In this document: piece by piece, positions 45,973 through 56,220 of the stretch
How positions within the stretch are numbered: position 1 is the first letter of the stretch
Layout of the letters: every line of letters begins with the position of its first letter
Origin: Sphaerochaetaceae bacterium
Lineage (GTDB): Bacteria > Spirochaetota > Spirochaetia > Sphaerochaetales > Sphaerochaetaceae
DNA: 64,000 nucleotides
Assembly (NCBI GenBank): GCA_963677735.1
Contig: OY782505.1
Coordinates: 3,192,770-3,256,769 of the forward strand
Direction: 5' to 3'
Notes under the pieces: generated by a model
Told to the model about the DNA's origin: nothing
Database searches by the model: none
The model's input: only the letters and a program-made list of their open reading frames with translations
Translations under genes and position numbers: made by a program

Positions 45973-47871
45973 ATGGTAAAGACCGTAGCACAAATGTTTC
46001 ATAAAAGTACATTAGACAATCCAAAATTAACAATGCTTAGTTCTAAGGATAGAAAGGGTGTCTTTATTGATGAGACATACAGTGAAGTTGAGAATAAAGT
46101 TATTAGTTTAGCACTAGCCTTATTTGTTAACTTTAGATTTGAAGAACAGCAATTAGTTGCAATAATTAGTGATAATAGAAAGGAATGGATATATAGTGAT
46201 TTAGCCCTTCAATATTTAAGTTGTGCAGATGTTCCAAGAGGCTTAGATGCTACAGATATGGAACTAATACAAATACTAAATGATACAAAAGTAACAACCT
46301 GTTTTGTAGAGAATAATAGAACTATAAAAAGATTTAATTCCTTGAAAAAGGATTTACCATATTTAAAAACTTTGATTTTAATGGAAGATGCTAAATTAAC
46401 TCAAGAGAGTGACTTTGCACTTGTAAGATTGTATGATTTATTAGAGAAAGGAAACGCCCTAATTGAAAATGATTCTACGCTAAAGGATAAAATTCTTCAA
46501 AATCTTGAAAATGGAAAAGAAGATGATTTAGTTACTATTATTTTTACTAGTGGAACTACTGGTGCTTGTAAAGGCGTTATGCTAACAAATAAAAACTATA
46601 TTCATGAGGTAACCCATTTACAGAAATTTGTAAATAACCAATTCTTACCTGGTCAAAGATGGATGACTGTTCTTCCTATTTGGCATTCTTTTGAAAGATC
46701 TGTAGCATATGTTTCTATCTATTTTTCTCAAGCTATGTATTATAGTAAACCAATTAGTAAAATAATGCTTAACGACTTTCAAAAAGTAAATCCTCATTGG
46801 TTTTCTTCAGTTCCAAGAATTTGGCAATCAGTTAATAAGACAGTTGAAAAGAAAATTAGAAAAGCAAATAGTTTCACAAAGGCCTTAAGTTTAATTTTGA
46901 TTAAGAATGCTATTAATTTGAGAAAAGGCTATAATAAGGTTCATAATTTACTACCAAGATATAAAGAAAAAAACTTTAGAGGATTTGAAATAATTGATGG
47001 TCTTATAAAAATGGCTATTCATTATCCACTTTACTTGTTAGGCAAAAAAATGATGTTTAATAAAATTAAAGGTCTTTTTGGAAATAGCTTAATCGCTGGC
47101 ATCAGCGCAGGTGGTTCTATGCCAAAGGGAGTTGATAATTTCTTTAACTCAATAGGTATTACTCTATTAAATGGTTATGGTATGACTGAAACAGCTCCAA
47201 TTATAACTGTCAGAAATCTTATTAAACCTATTGTTGGTACTATGACTTTGGTAGATGGTTATCAAATAAAAATTGTTGATGAAGATAACAAAGAAGTAGG
47301 TGTTGGTCAAAAAGGTGTTTTAAAAGTTAAAGGTCCTCAAGTTATGAAAGGTTATTATAATAATGAAGAGGCTACAAAACTTGCTATTGATGAGGATGGA
47401 TATTTAAATACTGGAGATTTGGTAACACGAACTATCAACAATGATATTTCTATTGTTGGGAGAGCTAAAGATACAATTGTTCTCTCTGGTGGTGAAAACT
47501 TAGAACCCGTTCCAATTGAAGGTAAATTAAGTGAATTAGATTTTATAGAAAATGTTATTGTTATTGGACAAGATAGAAAGTATTTGTCTGCTCTTATTGT
47601 TCCAAATATGAATTCTATTAAAGAATTAATGGAGCAGTTGAATGAAAAATATAAAGATGATAAAGAGTTAATACATAGTTATATAAAAGAAAAAATTGAT
47701 GAAAAAATTAATTGTAAATTAGGTTTTAAAAAACATGAATTAATAAATAGATTCGTTATTCTAGAAAAACCTTTTGAGGTCGGAAAAGAATTAAGTGCTA
47801 AACTTGAGTTAAAACGTAATATTATTATGGAATGTTACAAAAAAGAAATTGAAATGCTATATGCTTTATAG
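45973..47871 (+). CDS. Long-chain fatty acid--CoA ligase (AMP-dependent synthetase)
   Basis: AMP-binding motif IIFTSGTTGACKGVMLT, plus GYGMTET and NTGD. AGGAG RBS. Confidence 0.85.
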   Translation: MVKTVAQMFHKSTLDNPKLTMLSSKDRKGVFIDETYSEVENKVISLALALFVNFRFEEQQLVAIISDNRKEWIYSDLALQYLSCADVPRGLDATDMELIQILNDTKVTTCFVENNRTIKRFNSLKKDLPYLKTLILMEDAKLTQESDFALVRLYDLLEKGNALIENDSTLKDKILQNLENGKEDDLVTIIFTSGTTGACKGVMLTNKNYIHEVTHLQKFVNNQFLPGQRWMTVLPIWHSFERSVAYVSIYFSQAMYYSKPISKIMLNDFQKVNPHWFSSVPRIWQSVNKTVEKKIRKANSFTKALSLILIKNAINLRKGYNKVHNLLPRYKEKNFRGFEIIDGLIKMAIHYPLYLLGKKMMFNKIKGLFGNSLIAGISAGGSMPKGVDNFFNSIGITLLNGYGMTETAPIITVRNLIKPIVGTMTLVDGYQIKIVDEDNKEVGVGQKGVLKVKGPQVMKGYYNNEEATKLAIDEDGYLNTGDLVTRTINNDISIVGRAKDTIVLSGGENLEPVPIEGKLSELDFIENVIVIGQDRKYLSALIVPNMNSIKELMEQLNEKYKDDKELIHSYIKEKIDEKINCKLGFKKHELINRFVILEKPFEVGKELSAKLELKRNIIMECYKKEIEMLYAL

Positions 47872-47961
47872 TATTAGTTCATAACATTTAATAAACACTT
47901 GTAAATGAGATTATTCAAATTCAAGTGTTTTTAGTTTTTATATAGATTAAAGTTAAAATAA

Positions 47962-48897
47962 TTAAAAAGTGGAAGTTGAACCTACACAAGATAAATTGCA
48001 TCTATTTTTAAATTCATTAATGAATTTAGATATAGCATAAATACCTGTACAGTGCATAGGAACTACTATGTTTGGTTCCAATTGTTTTAATGAATCTATT
48101 GTTTTATTTGTAATTTCTGAATTTATGTTTGCAGGTAAATGAAATCCTCCAATTACTCCATGTATTTTTTCAATGCCAGTTATCTTTTGGCAATATTTTA
48201 TGGTGTTAATAATTCCAGCATGTGCACAACCAGAAATTATAAGTAATCCTTTATCTTTAATGTTGATTACTATTGCTTGATCATCAAGAATGTTATCGAA
48301 TTCTTTAATACCATCTCTAGTTAGATAAGATTCATATTCTAATATTTCAAAATCTGTAATTCTAGGAATCTGCCCTGTTACAGCATAAAGTTGATTATCT
48401 GAAATATATGGATTTTTAGATTCAATTATTGAATTTCCATGATTTAAAATAGTTTCTCTCTTTGGACAATCGTTTATAATAGTAACTCCATTTTCAACAA
48501 ATGATCTACCGCTTAAAAATACATCGGGATGAGCTATTACACTAGCATTGTTACCTAATTGGGATATTATCCAAGCAAGTCCATGCGTGTGGTCGCTGTG
48601 AGCATGACTAATAACTAATGATTTTACAGTTTTTAAATCAATACCTAATATATCTATATTATTTTTTAGAGAAACTGCATTTTCTGCAGTGTCGAGAAGA
48701 ATATCATGTTTTAAATCATCTTTGTATATGCTTATTAAAAGGCACAAACTATGTTCAGCCATCAATGGTACTTTTAACTCTCTCCCATTTTTAGCTCCAA
48801 TTGCTCTTTTTACATATGGAGTATCTAAAAGAATCCAATCAGCATAATTATCCATAATTACAGTTATTTCGACTTTGTCCACTGCCTTTATTTTCAC
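47962..48897 (-). CDS. MBL-fold metallo-hydrolase (COG1237-like)
   Basis: VISHAHSDHTHG motif and SGCAHAGIIN. 311 aa. Confidence 0.75.
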   Translation of the reverse strand: MKIKAVDKVEITVIMDNYADWILLDTPYVKRAIGAKNGRELKVPLMAEHSLCLLISIYKDDLKHDILLDTAENAVSLKNNIDILGIDLKTVKSLVISHAHSDHTHGLAWIISQLGNNASVIAHPDVFLSGRSFVENGVTIINDCPKRETILNHGNSIIESKNPYISDNQLYAVTGQIPRITDFEILEYESYLTRDGIKEFDNILDDQAIVINIKDKGLLIISGCAHAGIINTIKYCQKITGIEKIHGVIGGFHLPANINSEITNKTIDSLKQLEPNIVVPMHCTGIYAISKFINEFKNRCNLSCVGSTSTF

Positions 48898-49204
48898 TAC
48901 AATTTCCTCTTTTGTATTAGTTTATATATTTTAGTTTACTTTCTATGAAGTGAGATATCAATAATAAAGCTTTATTCATTTTTTTTATCGTTGAATTATT
49001 TTATACTAGTTTTTATATTAGGGTATTACAAAGTAAACTTTATATTTAATCCAAAATCTTTATTGAATGAGTACAAAAGCTTCTTGTACTATTGTATTAG
49101 AGAAATATTAATCATCATTTTATATATATCTTGCTATGGTTTTCAATATATTTTTCTTGTATACTTAATATATATGCCGTAACATAAGATATGAGAGGTG
49201 AGAT

Positions 49205-50656
49205 ATGAAAGAAAACACAACCAACGCCAAAATTGTAGCTACCATAGGACCTTCTTCGAGAAGTTATGAAATGATTCGTGATATTATTAAGGCCGGGGCA
49301 AGAGTTATTAGACTTAATTTTAGTCATGGTGATCATCAAGAACATCAAAGAACTGTAGATTGGGCACGCCAAGTTTCAGAAGAACTTGATATACCTATTG
49401 CTATTTTTCAAGACTTGCAAGGGCCTAAAATTCGTGTTGGACAATTGGATGTAGATTCTTTTGAAGTGAAGGAAGGGGAAACTCTTAAAATCACAACAGA
49501 ATCTTGTGTTGGAAATAGAAATCAGATAAGTATCGACTATCCTTATTTACATGAAGAGGTCAAAATTGGGGCAAGAATCCTAATAGATGATGGCCTTATA
49601 GCTTTAAAAGTTATAGAAGTAAAATCAAAAGTTATTACCACTGAAGTTGTTGATGGCGGTATTGTAAAACCAAGAAAAGGTGTTAATCTTCCAGAAACTT
49701 TATTAAAGCATTTGTCTTCATACACTAAAAAGGATGAACAAGATTTAGATTTTGCATTTAAGAATGATTTAGATTTTGTTGCACTATCCTTTGTTAGAAG
49801 TTCTCAAGATGTACTCGCTTTGAGAAAGTTTATGTATAAAACTTATGGAAGAGCTATTCCAATAATTTCTAAGATAGAAAAACCAGAAGCTGTAACAGAT
49901 ATTACAAATATAATTGCAGAATCTAATGTAATTATGATTGCTCGTGGAGATTTAGGTGTAGAAACTTCTCCAGAAGAGGTTCCAGTAATTCAAAAGAGAC
50001 TTATTCGAGAATGTAATATAGCTGGACTTCCTGTTATAACTGCAACACAGATGTTAGAGTCTATGATTACTAACCCACGACCTACTAGAGCTGAGGCTGG
50101 AGATGTAGCAAATGCTATTCTCGATGGAACTAGCGCTGTTATGCTTTCAGGAGAGACAGCAGCTGGGGACTATCCATTACGTGCTGTGGAAATTATGAGC
50201 AGAATAATTACACATACTGAAGCTAGTTTAACTTATCAGAGACTTGTATTAGATCAACGTTTAAATCAAGAAGATATTGAAATAAATAGGAAAAAAAGTA
50301 CAACTGAAGCAGTTGGTGTGGCAACACGTGAATTAGCTATGGAAATTAAAGCTGCATATATAACTTGTTTTACTCATTCAGGAGGATCTGCTAGATTGAT
50401 ATCGAAATATCGACCTGCGGTTCCAATAATTGCCTATAGCCCATTCAAACAAACAGCTCAACGTCTTGCTCTCTCCTGGGGGGTAACTCCAATAATTATA
50501 CCTCAATTAAATTCATTAGATGAACTATTTGAGATAGCCCCAAAATATTTAAAAACACTTGGATATATACAGCCCGGAGACAAAATAGTAATTACTGCAG
50601 GAGTTCCTGTTGGTTCCCCAGGAAGAACTAATATGATAAAAGTTGTTGAGATTTAA
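49205..50656 (+). CDS. pyk: Pyruvate kinase
   Basis: TKIVATIGPSS, IISKIEKPEAV, MIARGDLGVE, MLSGETAAG. GAGAGGTGAG RBS. Confidence 0.95.
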   Translation: MKENTTNAKIVATIGPSSRSYEMIRDIIKAGARVIRLNFSHGDHQEHQRTVDWARQVSEELDIPIAIFQDLQGPKIRVGQLDVDSFEVKEGETLKITTESCVGNRNQISIDYPYLHEEVKIGARILIDDGLIALKVIEVKSKVITTEVVDGGIVKPRKGVNLPETLLKHLSSYTKKDEQDLDFAFKNDLDFVALSFVRSSQDVLALRKFMYKTYGRAIPIISKIEKPEAVTDITNIIAESNVIMIARGDLGVETSPEEVPVIQKRLIRECNIAGLPVITATQMLESMITNPRPTRAEAGDVANAILDGTSAVMLSGETAAGDYPLRAVEIMSRIITHTEASLTYQRLVLDQRLNQEDIEINRKKSTTEAVGVATRELAMEIKAAYITCFTHSGGSARLISKYRPAVPIIAYSPFKQTAQRLALSWGVTPIIIPQLNSLDELFEIAPKYLKTLGYIQPGDKIVITAGVPVGSPGRTNMIKVVEI

Positions 50657-50675
50657 TTATCTATATCTTATATAT

Positions 50676-50720
50676 TACCTCTAAAGTAGACTAAATAATT
50701 TTTTCAGAACTTTAGAGGTA
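50676..50720. terminator. Hairpin between convergent pyk and the 50790-51107 gene
   Basis: TACCTCTAAAGT-21 nt-ACTTTAGAGGTA, a 12-bp perfect stem, followed by TTCTTTT. Confidence 0.5.
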
Positions 50721-50789
50721 TTCTTTTATAGATAGTAACCTAAAATTTAGAAAAAAGTAAAAATTAAAATATCTTTAAACTTTACTATC

Positions 50790-51107
50790 TTAATTTGCCT
50801 CTTCATCCATAGCTTCAACTAGAAAACTAACGGGTCTAAATCCGTCATTGCATGAAAGCATTGCTGATTTACTATTTTTCATCCAGCCTTCATAAAAATT
50901 TGACCCCCCGTGAGAAAGCGCCATTACAAATGAAGAAATGCTTTGCCAAGCACTATCACAAAAGCCTTCAGGCTTTTTCCATCCATTTGCGATAAAAACT
51001 TGTCCTTCAATCATGTCACAAGGATTTTCTATAGGGTTTTCATATTTTTCAATTAAATCTAAATAACAAGCTTTTCTAATTACAGTTATTTTAACTTTTT
51101 TCATCAA
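50790..51107 (-). CDS. Small Cys-containing protein, TIGR04076-family-like
   Basis: 105 aa with four spaced Cys (KACYLD, NPCDM, GFCDSAW, LSCNDGFRPV). The pattern matches my recollection of the TIGR04076 family. Confidence 0.5.
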   Translation of the reverse strand: MMKKVKITVIRKACYLDLIEKYENPIENPCDMIEGQVFIANGWKKPEGFCDSAWQSISSFVMALSHGGSNFYEGWMKNSKSAMLSCNDGFRPVSFLVEAMDEEAN

Positions 51108-51490
51108 ATTTTATCCTTTATTGTTGAATATAAGTTTCATATAAAAAGAACTTAATATTTAACTGTTATTATATTTTTGCTCAATTTACTTTATTTATCA
51201 AGAGATCTTTATAAATATCAAAAGTTACCTATATTTAATGATTATATATAAATCTAACTACAAAAAAGAAAATTAAATAATCCTTTATCAATTTATTAAA
51301 TAGAATATAAAATTATATCCTTGGAAAAGAAATGTAGATTTTTAATCAGTAATTTTTGTTATAGTATCTTTATTAATTGTTGTTTTTATTATTCTTATGG
51401 TAAGCTTATCTTATAATTATTAAATGAAAGTATCTAAACTGATATTCTAAAGTATTGAGCTATGTTTTTATTTTGGATAGGAGCTGTTAT

Positions 51491-51847
51491 ATGGAAAATA
51501 ATAAAATATTTACAATGAGTTTTAATAAAATTTACCCCTTATATCTTAAAAAGGCAGAGAAAAAGGGTAGAAGTAAAGCTGAGTTAGATGAGATTCTGTA
51601 TTGGTTAACTGGATATAGCGAAAATGATATTAACAATGTACTCCTGAATAATATTGATTTTAAAACATTCTTTGATAATGCACCTAATTTAAATCCAGCT
51701 AGATCCTTGATTCAAGGGGTAGTTTGTGGTGTTAGAGTTGAGGATATAAAAGATCCTCTTATGAGAGAGATTAGATATCTAGACAAATTAATTGATGAAT
51801 TAGCTAAAGGCAAATCTTTAGATAAGATTCTTAGAAAAAACTCTTAA
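51491..51847 (+). CDS. DUF2200 domain-containing protein
   Basis: ATG 51491 after an [45 protein letters not shown] matches the DUF2200 N-terminal block. The ORF track opens at 51455. Confidence 0.65.
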   Translation: MENNKIFTMSFNKIYPLYLKKAEKKGRSKAELDEILYWLTGYSENDINNVLLNNIDFKTFFDNAPNLNPARSLIQGVVCGVRVEDIKDPLMREIRYLDKLIDELAKGKSLDKILRKNS

Positions 51848-51874
51848 CATATCTAACTCTATGATTAAAAAAGA

Positions 51875-52900
51875 TTAATTTCTTAAATCTTTTACTGAGT
51901 CTCTAACTACTAGTTCAACATCTAATTGTATATTAGGTTGTTCAATTTTTTGTTTCTTAATTAATTTCATAAGCATTGCTACTGCAATTCGCCCTTTATC
52001 GCTAGAGTTTTGATGAATAGTTGTGAGGTGAGGATGAATCATTCTAGAGAAGATATTGTCATCAAATCCTGTTATAGATATATCCTCAGGAACTCTAATA
52101 TTGCAGTCTTGCAAATAACTTACAGCCTCAGCAGCATAGTAATCGGATGAAAAAATTAACGCTGTGTAGGGCATTTCTTTGCTAGCAAGCTTTGAATAAG
52201 TCTTATATCTTTCCTTTCTCTCTTTAGATAATAGAATCTTATCCTCTAAGCTTATATCAATATCTTGCTCTTTAAATGCTCTTTGGCAACCTCTAAAACG
52301 ATGTAAATCAGTTCCAGAAAATAGAGTATCATTTGCAAGAAATATAACGTGGCGATGGCCCATTTCTACAAGGTGACGAGATATTAAATATCCACCTTCT
52401 TCATCTTTTAAACCCACACTATGATATTTTTCTTCATTTTCACTAAGGTGTGAATCAATAAAGACTACAGGACTTTCAACACTATCTAATATAATTGGTC
52501 CAATATTTTTAGGGACCCATACAAGAATTAACCCCGCAAGTTTCCAAGTTTTTGCCAGACGCACTACTTCTTCTTTTTTAGTTGTTGTATGTAACATAAA
52601 AAAGTAGCCCATTGCTCGAATTTCTTCTTCCATAGCCCCTAGAATTGCGGATGAAAAAGGATCTTCTAATACGGTTTCATTCCAACGAGGTTCCATAAAC
52701 ATAATTACGCCAATGATTCTAGAATCATTTTGCGCAAGAATCATAGCCCCCATATTTGGAGCATAATTATATTTTTTAAGGTATGTTTCTACTTTTTGGC
52801 GAGTTGCTTCAGACACCCTAGCATAATTTCCATGAAGGACATTAGTTACTGTAGTAGGGCTAACACCTGCTTTTTTAGCAATAAATTTAATCGTTGGCAT
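51875..52900 (-). CDS. LacI family transcriptional regulator
   Basis: HTH PTIKFIAKKAGVSPTTVTNVLHGN plus a sugar-binding-type effector domain. Confidence 0.85.
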   Translation of the reverse strand: MPTIKFIAKKAGVSPTTVTNVLHGNYARVSEATRQKVETYLKKYNYAPNMGAMILAQNDSRIIGVIMFMEPRWNETVLEDPFSSAILGAMEEEIRAMGYFFMLHTTTKKEEVVRLAKTWKLAGLILVWVPKNIGPIILDSVESPVVFIDSHLSENEEKYHSVGLKDEEGGYLISRHLVEMGHRHVIFLANDTLFSGTDLHRFRGCQRAFKEQDIDISLEDKILLSKERKERYKTYSKLASKEMPYTALIFSSDYYAAEAVSYLQDCNIRVPEDISITGFDDNIFSRMIHPHLTTIHQNSSDKGRIAVAMLMKLIKKQKIEQPNIQLDVELVVRDSVKDLRN

Positions 52901-52999
52901 TTTCTACCCTTATATTATTTTGTTTTGCTTGTATATATATCAGAACAGTAATTAAATGTGAAGAAGAAAACAAAAATTTTCTTCCTCACATTAGACTTC

Positions 53000-54355
53000 C
53001 TATTTTAAGTATCCAAGCCATTGTTTTTGAGTGTCAATCATTCTATCTACTAGTTCCTCAAGTTTTGATGCTTGATGTACTACTGGATTAGCTAGTAATG
53101 CTTGAACTACATATTTTTTCTTTTTATGAATTATAGCCTCAGCTGTTAAATCATAAACTCCTGCATAAGATCTAAGTAAAGCTAAGTACCCCTTTGGAAT
53201 GTCATTAATTTTAATTCCATTAACACCATTTTTATCAATTATTGCTGGAACTTCTAAAACAATCCAAGGTGGTAAATCTTCAATTAACCCATTATTTGGA
53301 ATATTTACAGCTGCTTCTTCATATCCAGAATTTGTTTCAATTCCTTCAATAATAGGAATTACTCTTTCAGTTGTTTGTTGTTTAATTTTGTAAAATGTTC
53401 TTTGAGATAAAGTTGTTTTATAATAATCATAAAAATCTAATATACCTCTGTGATCTACAATATCCCAAGCCCATCCTAAGTATTCACCAAAATGACTATC
53501 TACGGTAATTGGAAGTAAATTATAATTTTTTAACATTAATCGAGCTATATGTCGGTCAGCCCATGTGTAATTACTCGTTTTTTCACTTCTTGACTTAGAA
53601 AATTGTTCTTCAGATTGTAGAGTGCCTGATGCCAAATATTCATCATATACATCACTATAACCAGGTTCTTTTTCAAAGAAAGCATTTGCTTTTTTTAGTA
53701 CCTCAGGATATAAGTTGGCACCTGTTTTCTTATCATGAAGCTCAATCATACAACTGAAGTGATTTAAGCCAGCAGCTCTAAAATGTAAATCTTCTATATC
53801 TTTATCAAGCATAGGAGGTAACCATTTATATAACCAACCTATTTCATGACACATACCAATAAATTTAGCTTTAGGATATACTCTGTGAACTGCTGTACAT
53901 ATTGCTGTCATAGGATTTGAAAAGTTAAAAACGAATGCATCTGGACAGATTTCCATCACGTCTTTCATAATATCAAGTACAACAGGAATGATTCTTAGAG
54001 AATGGAAAACACCACCAGGACCACCATTTTCACCATAAACTTGATTAATACCATATTGTAGTGGTACCTTCCAATCCTGATCCCATAACTCAAACCTATT
54101 ACCAACTTCTATAGATGATATAATATAATTTGCATTTTTAAAGGCAACTTTTCTGTTTGTTGTTGCAGTTATTTTATTATTTAGAGAATGTTCTTTTGTA
54201 AAAAGTTTAGCACTTTCTAATACGTTATCTAAAGCTTCCTCATTTATATCGAGAAGAGTAATTTCACATCCTTTTAAAACAGAGCTATTAAAAATATCTC
54301 CAAGCATGCCGTACCCAAACTGGACTGAACCAGCGCCAACTAAAACAATTTTCAT
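53000..54355 (-). CDS. Glycoside hydrolase family 4 (NAD/Mn-dependent alpha-glucosidase/galactosidase/galacturonidase type)
   Basis: N-terminal Rossmann MKIVLVGAGSVQFG. GH4 blocks FNFSNPM and FIGMCHE. I preferred ATG 54355 over 54361 on RBS spacing. Confidence 0.85.
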   Translation of the reverse strand: MKIVLVGAGSVQFGYGMLGDIFNSSVLKGCEITLLDINEEALDNVLESAKLFTKEHSLNNKITATTNRKVAFKNANYIISSIEVGNRFELWDQDWKVPLQYGINQVYGENGGPGGVFHSLRIIPVVLDIMKDVMEICPDAFVFNFSNPMTAICTAVHRVYPKAKFIGMCHEIGWLYKWLPPMLDKDIEDLHFRAAGLNHFSCMIELHDKKTGANLYPEVLKKANAFFEKEPGYSDVYDEYLASGTLQSEEQFSKSRSEKTSNYTWADRHIARLMLKNYNLLPITVDSHFGEYLGWAWDIVDHRGILDFYDYYKTTLSQRTFYKIKQQTTERVIPIIEGIETNSGYEEAAVNIPNNGLIEDLPPWIVLEVPAIIDKNGVNGIKINDIPKGYLALLRSYAGVYDLTAEAIIHKKKKYVVQALLANPVVHQASKLEELVDRMIDTQKQWLGYLK

Positions 54356-54374
54356 AATCATTGTCTCCTAATAT

Positions 54375-55262
54375 TTATTTAATTGAACCTTCTACCATGC
54401 CTTTAATTATATATCGTTGTGCGAATAAGTAGAGAACGATAATCGGAAGCATAGCAATGAGGGTAGATGTTAGAATTAAATCCCATTGCTTTAAATATGC
54501 ACCAGCAAATGCTGTTACAGCAATTGGAATAGTTTGAACTTTTCCGTTAGATCCCAAAAGTAGTAATGGGAGTAGGTAGTCATTCCAAATCCAAATTCCA
54601 TTTAAGATTAGAACTGTAACAATAATGGGTTGAAGTAATGGAAAGATTATTACAAAGAATGTTCTTCCTCTTGAACAACCATCTATTGTTGCAGCTTCCT
54701 CAAGTTCATAGGGTATATTTTTAATAAACCCATGGAATATAAAAATTGAAAGAGGAGCTCCAAAACCTAAATAAGCAAATACAACTCCACCAACAGTCCC
54801 TAATAATCTTATGTTAATAAATGATCCTAATATTCTAAGCCATTGAACAAGAGGATACATAAGAACTTGAAAAGGAATTACCATAGCTGAAACAAAGGCC
54901 ATAAAAATAATAGTTGACCAAACAGTTTTATTCCTGACTAAAACCCAAGCTGCCATTGATGAAAATAGTGCTAAAACTAATAGTGAGAAAAAAGTAATGA
55001 CTGTACTATCTACAAAAGCTCCTATGTAATCAACTGTTGAGTTACTAAATATTAATGAAACATTAGTGAATAATTGAGTCCATGATGTTGGCCTAGCTAT
55101 AGCATTATATATAATTTCTTTAGATGTTTTTGCTGAGTTAATAACAACCATAACAAAAGGAATCATAAACAAAATGAATAAAATAATAGTAAATATTTCT
55201 AGAAATATTTGACCATATTTATTTAAAGTATATTTCTTTTTTTCTAATACAGGATTGCTCAC
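54375..55262 (-). CDS. Carbohydrate ABC transporter permease (MalG-like)
   Basis: EAA loop LEEAATIDGCSRGRTFFVIIFPLL. Confidence 0.85.
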   Translation of the reverse strand: MSNPVLEKKKYTLNKYGQIFLEIFTIILFILFMIPFVMVVINSAKTSKEIIYNAIARPTSWTQLFTNVSLIFSNSTVDYIGAFVDSTVITFFSLLVLALFSSMAAWVLVRNKTVWSTIIFMAFVSAMVIPFQVLMYPLVQWLRILGSFINIRLLGTVGGVVFAYLGFGAPLSIFIFHGFIKNIPYELEEAATIDGCSRGRTFFVIIFPLLQPIIVTVLILNGIWIWNDYLLPLLLLGSNGKVQTIPIAVTAFAGAYLKQWDLILTSTLIAMLPIIVLYLFAQRYIIKGMVEGSIK

Positions 55263-56146
55263 ATTTCCACCTCTTTCCTTTTATTAATTGTGACTTGTAT
55301 CAATGAGACTACAAGAAGTACAACGAAAAGTACTACAGCTTTAGCTTGGGCTTCTGCCATTCTATTTGCAGTTGCTGTATTAAAAATATTCATGGCAAGT
55401 AATTCACTAGCTTTGACAGGGGCTCCGAGGAATCTTGTTGCCGGTCCACCATTTGTTAATGTTAAGTTCATATCGAATTGTTTGAAGGACGTTGTAAGTG
55501 TTAGAAATAGAGAGATAGTAAATGCATTTGCCATCATAGGAATAAGGATTCTAAATACTCTTGTTGAATATTTTGCTCCATCAACATTTGCAGCTTCCAT
55601 AAGAGATGCTGGTATACTTTGAATAGAGGCTACATATATTAACATAATATATCCAGCATATTGCCACGTATTAACAACTGCCATTGTCCAAATAACAGTA
55701 TTAGCTTGACTTAAAAAAGAAGTTTGAAGGAACTCTATAGATAAAGTATTTCCAAGTTCAACTAAAATGTTATTGAATATGAATTGCCAAATATATCCTA
55801 GAACAATACCACCAATTAAGTATGGTACGAAAAATCCTGCTCTATAAAAATTCCTTCTTGGAATTTTGCTTGTAACGACAAGAGATAAAACAAAACTAAC
55901 AACATTTACAAAAATTACATTTATAAAAGTAAAGGCAATTGTTATTAGAAAAGAATAAAGAAAATCTGGGCTATTAAATAGATTCTTGAAATTAGCAAGG
56001 CCTACAAAATTTATATCTCTACTTATTCCATTCCAGTCTGTCATGGAATAATATAGACCAAAGAAAAATGGGATTATAATAATCATCAAGAAGGCAAATA
56101 GTGTAGGTACTAAAAAAAGCCCATTGATAAAACGGTTTTGCTTCAT
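55259..56146 (-). CDS. Carbohydrate ABC transporter permease (MalF-like)
   Basis: EAA loop LMEAANVDGAKYSTRVFRILIPMM. 4-nt overlap with the next permease. Confidence 0.85.
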   Translation of the reverse strand: MKQNRFINGLFLVPTLFAFLMIIIIPFFFGLYYSMTDWNGISRDINFVGLANFKNLFNSPDFLYSFLITIAFTFINVIFVNVVSFVLSLVVTSKIPRRNFYRAGFFVPYLIGGIVLGYIWQFIFNNILVELGNTLSIEFLQTSFLSQANTVIWTMAVVNTWQYAGYIMLIYVASIQSIPASLMEAANVDGAKYSTRVFRILIPMMANAFTISLFLTLTTSFKQFDMNLTLTNGGPATRFLGAPVKASELLAMNIFNTATANRMAEAQAKAVVLFVVLLVVSLIQVTINKRKEVEM

Positions 56147-56172
56147 TGTATTTTACTCCTGTTTCATAAAAT

Positions 56173-56208
56173 AAAGAGCTCTTGCAGCATAGTTACTGCA
56201 AGAGCTTT
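56173..56208 (-). other. Intercistronic stem-loop / partial terminator between the binding-protein and permease genes
   Basis: AGCTCTTGCAG-catagtta-CTGCAAGAGCT, an 11-bp stem, followed on the minus strand by a U-rich run and then the AGGAG RBS of the permease. Confidence 0.55.
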
Positions 56209-56220
56209 AAAGTTGTTTGC

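Noticed and set aside
48991-49372. ORFs 48991-49182 (+) and 49115-49372 (-) in the MBL/pyk promoter region and the 5' end of pyk.
   Set aside because: Ile/Tyr/Phe-rich translation of AT-rich promoter DNA with no RBS. The minus-strand ORF overlaps the well-supported pyk start.
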